NCBI GenBank assembly: GCA_043797775.1 | Contig: JAZDPI010000050.1 | Location: 1-24,754, forward strand | Direction of reading: 5' to 3' | DNA from: Candidatus Eiseniibacteriota bacterium | Lineage (GTDB): Bacteria > Eisenbacteria > RBG-16-71-46 > JAFGJU01 | Length of the DNA stretch: 24,754 bases | Part shown: piece after piece, positions 23,306-24,754 of the stretch | How positions within the stretch are numbered: position 1 is the stretch's first letter | How the letters are laid out: each line of letters starts with the position of its first letter | Position numbers and translations under genes: made by a program | The notes under the pieces: model-generated | What the model saw: the letters and a program-made list of their open reading frames with translations, nothing else | Databases searched by the model: none | Told to the model about the DNA's origin: nothing

Positions 23306-24754
23306 CGGATTTTCTCACCTTCACTCTTGTTGCCGGCTGACCGGCCGCCATCCCCAGGCCCTCCCTGACGTCGCAGAAGACCGAGGGAAGAAGGACGACT
23401 CCGCGCATTACGTCTCGCATTTCTCGGACCCGGACTCTCGTGCTGCCCTGAGGGGACACCAGCTCAACCTCCTCGCCGCCTGCTACTCCCAGCTCCAGGG
23501 TGTCCGACTCCGACATCTCCACGAACGCCTCCCTTGGAACAAGCCTGTGATTGCTGACGGAGCGCGCCCACAACCAGCTTGAGATTCCGGGAGACTCGCT
23601 CAGGAGAAGAAAGGGATAACCTGCGTGCTCGGGCGGTAACCCGCTGGAACACGCGCCTTTTTCGATTTCCGTTTCGGCCACCCAGCTCCCCGACGGCTCG
23701 GGCGGGGTTTCGGAGACCCTCACGCCCGTCCCCTGCGCAAGAGCGCGCAGGTCTTCTTTCAGGCTCCAGCCCAGGAAGCGTCTCATCTCGCCGTGCGCTG
23801 CCGCCTCGTCTTTGAAGCGCAGGGCCTTGCCCACCGCACCGCAAATCGAGTCGACGACGCTGAAAACGAGAGAGCGTGAGCCTGCGTCTGACCTCTGCGG
23901 CGACAGGCCGTGCAGTTTGCCGTCGACGCTGAGAAACGTCCCGTCTCGTTCGGAAATGTGCTGAAGCGGCAGATACAGATCTGCGACACGGGCGGTCTCG
24001 TTGAGCGTCTCGCTCTGCACGACGAGCAGGTCGAGCTTCTCGAAGGCCTCTTTCGCCGCCTTCCTGTCGGGATACTCCGACAGAGGATCGCAGCCAACGA
24101 CGTAAAGCAGCCTCAGCCTGCCGGTTCTCGCCGCCTCCACGAGCTCGGAAAGGCTCTTCACTTGCCGCGGCCAGGTCTCCATGACGCCTCTCATGTTCCC
24201 TTCGCCGAAGAAAGTCAATGGGAAGGTGGGCTTACCGCCGAGCAGATGCCTGTGAGCGGAGATCCTGAGCACCGAGGCCAGCAGGGCGTAGCCCAGGGAG
24301 CTCCGGAAGACGTCTCTGCCCGTGATGATTCCCAGCTTCGACGAACCAGCGAGCGCGTCTGCCACGCCGAGAACCGCCTCGCGCCCGGGCACCGGCGCCC
24401 GGGCCGGCTCTGCGTCCCGTGCCGCCCGTGTGTCCCTCGCCTCCCCAACCGCGGACCCCGCCATCTCCATCGAAACGGCGCGGAGGAAGGAAGCCGCCTC
24501 CCACGGCGTCTGAGCAAACCACTCCACCGGCCGCCCTGCCGGGGAGGGACGTCTCGGACCCGCGGAGAAGACGCGGCATCCCGACTTCACGGCCCTCACG
24601 ACCTCCAGACCTGCGAGGGGCACTTCCTGGCAGGGGTCGGCACAAAGCAGAAGCAGAGTGTCACACTCGCCGATGTCCTCCATTCCGGCCTGGCCAGCGA
24701 GCGCGGCGCCCAGCACCTTCTCTTCCTCTTCGCTTTTCGGCCACACCGTCCCCG
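23295..24754 (-). CDS. nuoG: NADH-quinone oxidoreductase subunit G-like protein (molybdopterin-oxidoreductase fold), C-terminal part; 5' end beyond the window
   Basis: Frame stays open to the window edge; LYVVGCDP, LDLLVVQSETLNETARVADLYLP, ERDGTF, and a C-terminal domain (VEMSESDTLELGVAGGEEVELVSPQG). Stop overlaps the nuoH start. The N-terminal Fe-S motifs are not visible. Confidence 0.75.
   Translation of the reverse strand, partial: GTVWPKSEEEEKVLGAALAGQAGMEDIGECDTLLLLCADPCQEVPLAGLEVVRAVKSGCRVFSAGPRRPSPAGRPVEWFAQTPWEAASFLRAVSMEMAGSAVGEARDTRAARDAEPARAPVPGREAVLGVADALAGSSKLGIITGRDVFRSSLGYALLASVLRISAHRHLLGGKPTFPLTFFGEGNMRGVMETWPRQVKSLSELVEAARTGRLRLLYVVGCDPLSEYPDRKAAKEAFEKLDLLVVQSETLNETARVADLYLPLQHISERDGTFLSVDGKLHGLSPQRSDAGSRSLVFSVVDSICGAVGKALRFKDEAAAHGEMRRFLGWSLKEDLRALAQGTGVRVSETPPEPSGSWVAETEIEKGACSSGLPPEHAGYPFLLLSESPGISSWLWARSVSNHRLVPREAFVEMSESDTLELGVAGGEEVELVSPQGSTRVRVREMRDVMRGVVLLPSVFCDVREGLGMAAGQPATRVKVRKSGDA

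Noticed and set aside
1-24754. Selenocysteine/pyrrolysine read-through, programmed frameshifts or pseudogenes
   Set aside because: All recognised genes are full length for their families in a single frame, and none needs a stop codon to be read through.

Overview
GC-rich bacterial chromosomal window of core metabolism and cell-envelope genes. I found no mobile element, CRISPR array, rRNA or tRNA. Left to right: (-) a secreted protein built from 53-aa 'AFDGxNYLVVWxD' repeats that runs off the left edge and is absent from the ORF track; (-) aromatic-L-amino-acid decarboxylase followed by a PpsR/DUF299 kinase-pyrophosphorylase; (+) etfB-etfA, where EtfA carries an N-terminal 2[4Fe-4S] ferredoxin domain and no partner dehydrogenase is adjacent; (-) a tightly packed run of metK, a Cys/Met PLP lyase, DUF47 and a PiT phosphate transporter; (+) a GT-C membrane glycosyltransferase and a D-2-hydroxyacid dehydrogenase; (-) an Ig-like lipoprotein with Ca-binding-type loops overlapping an 8-Cys microprotein; (+) a GT4 glycosyltransferase; (-) the distal complex I operon nuoG(partial)-H-I-J-K-L-M-N. 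The most unusual observations are the metK-lyase-phosphate transport gene run with a degenerate MetK signature motif, the partnerless ferredoxin-fused Etf, tandem direct-repeat arrays at two convergent gene junctions, a repetitive C-terminal tail on NuoM, a structured nuoK-nuoL spacer and a terminator-like hairpin in the lipoprotein leader. I see no clear-cut new system, only these leads. The repeat protein resembles those I associate with uncultured FCB-related candidate phyla, but that taxonomy is only an impression. All family calls are motif recognition by eye; no database searches were run.
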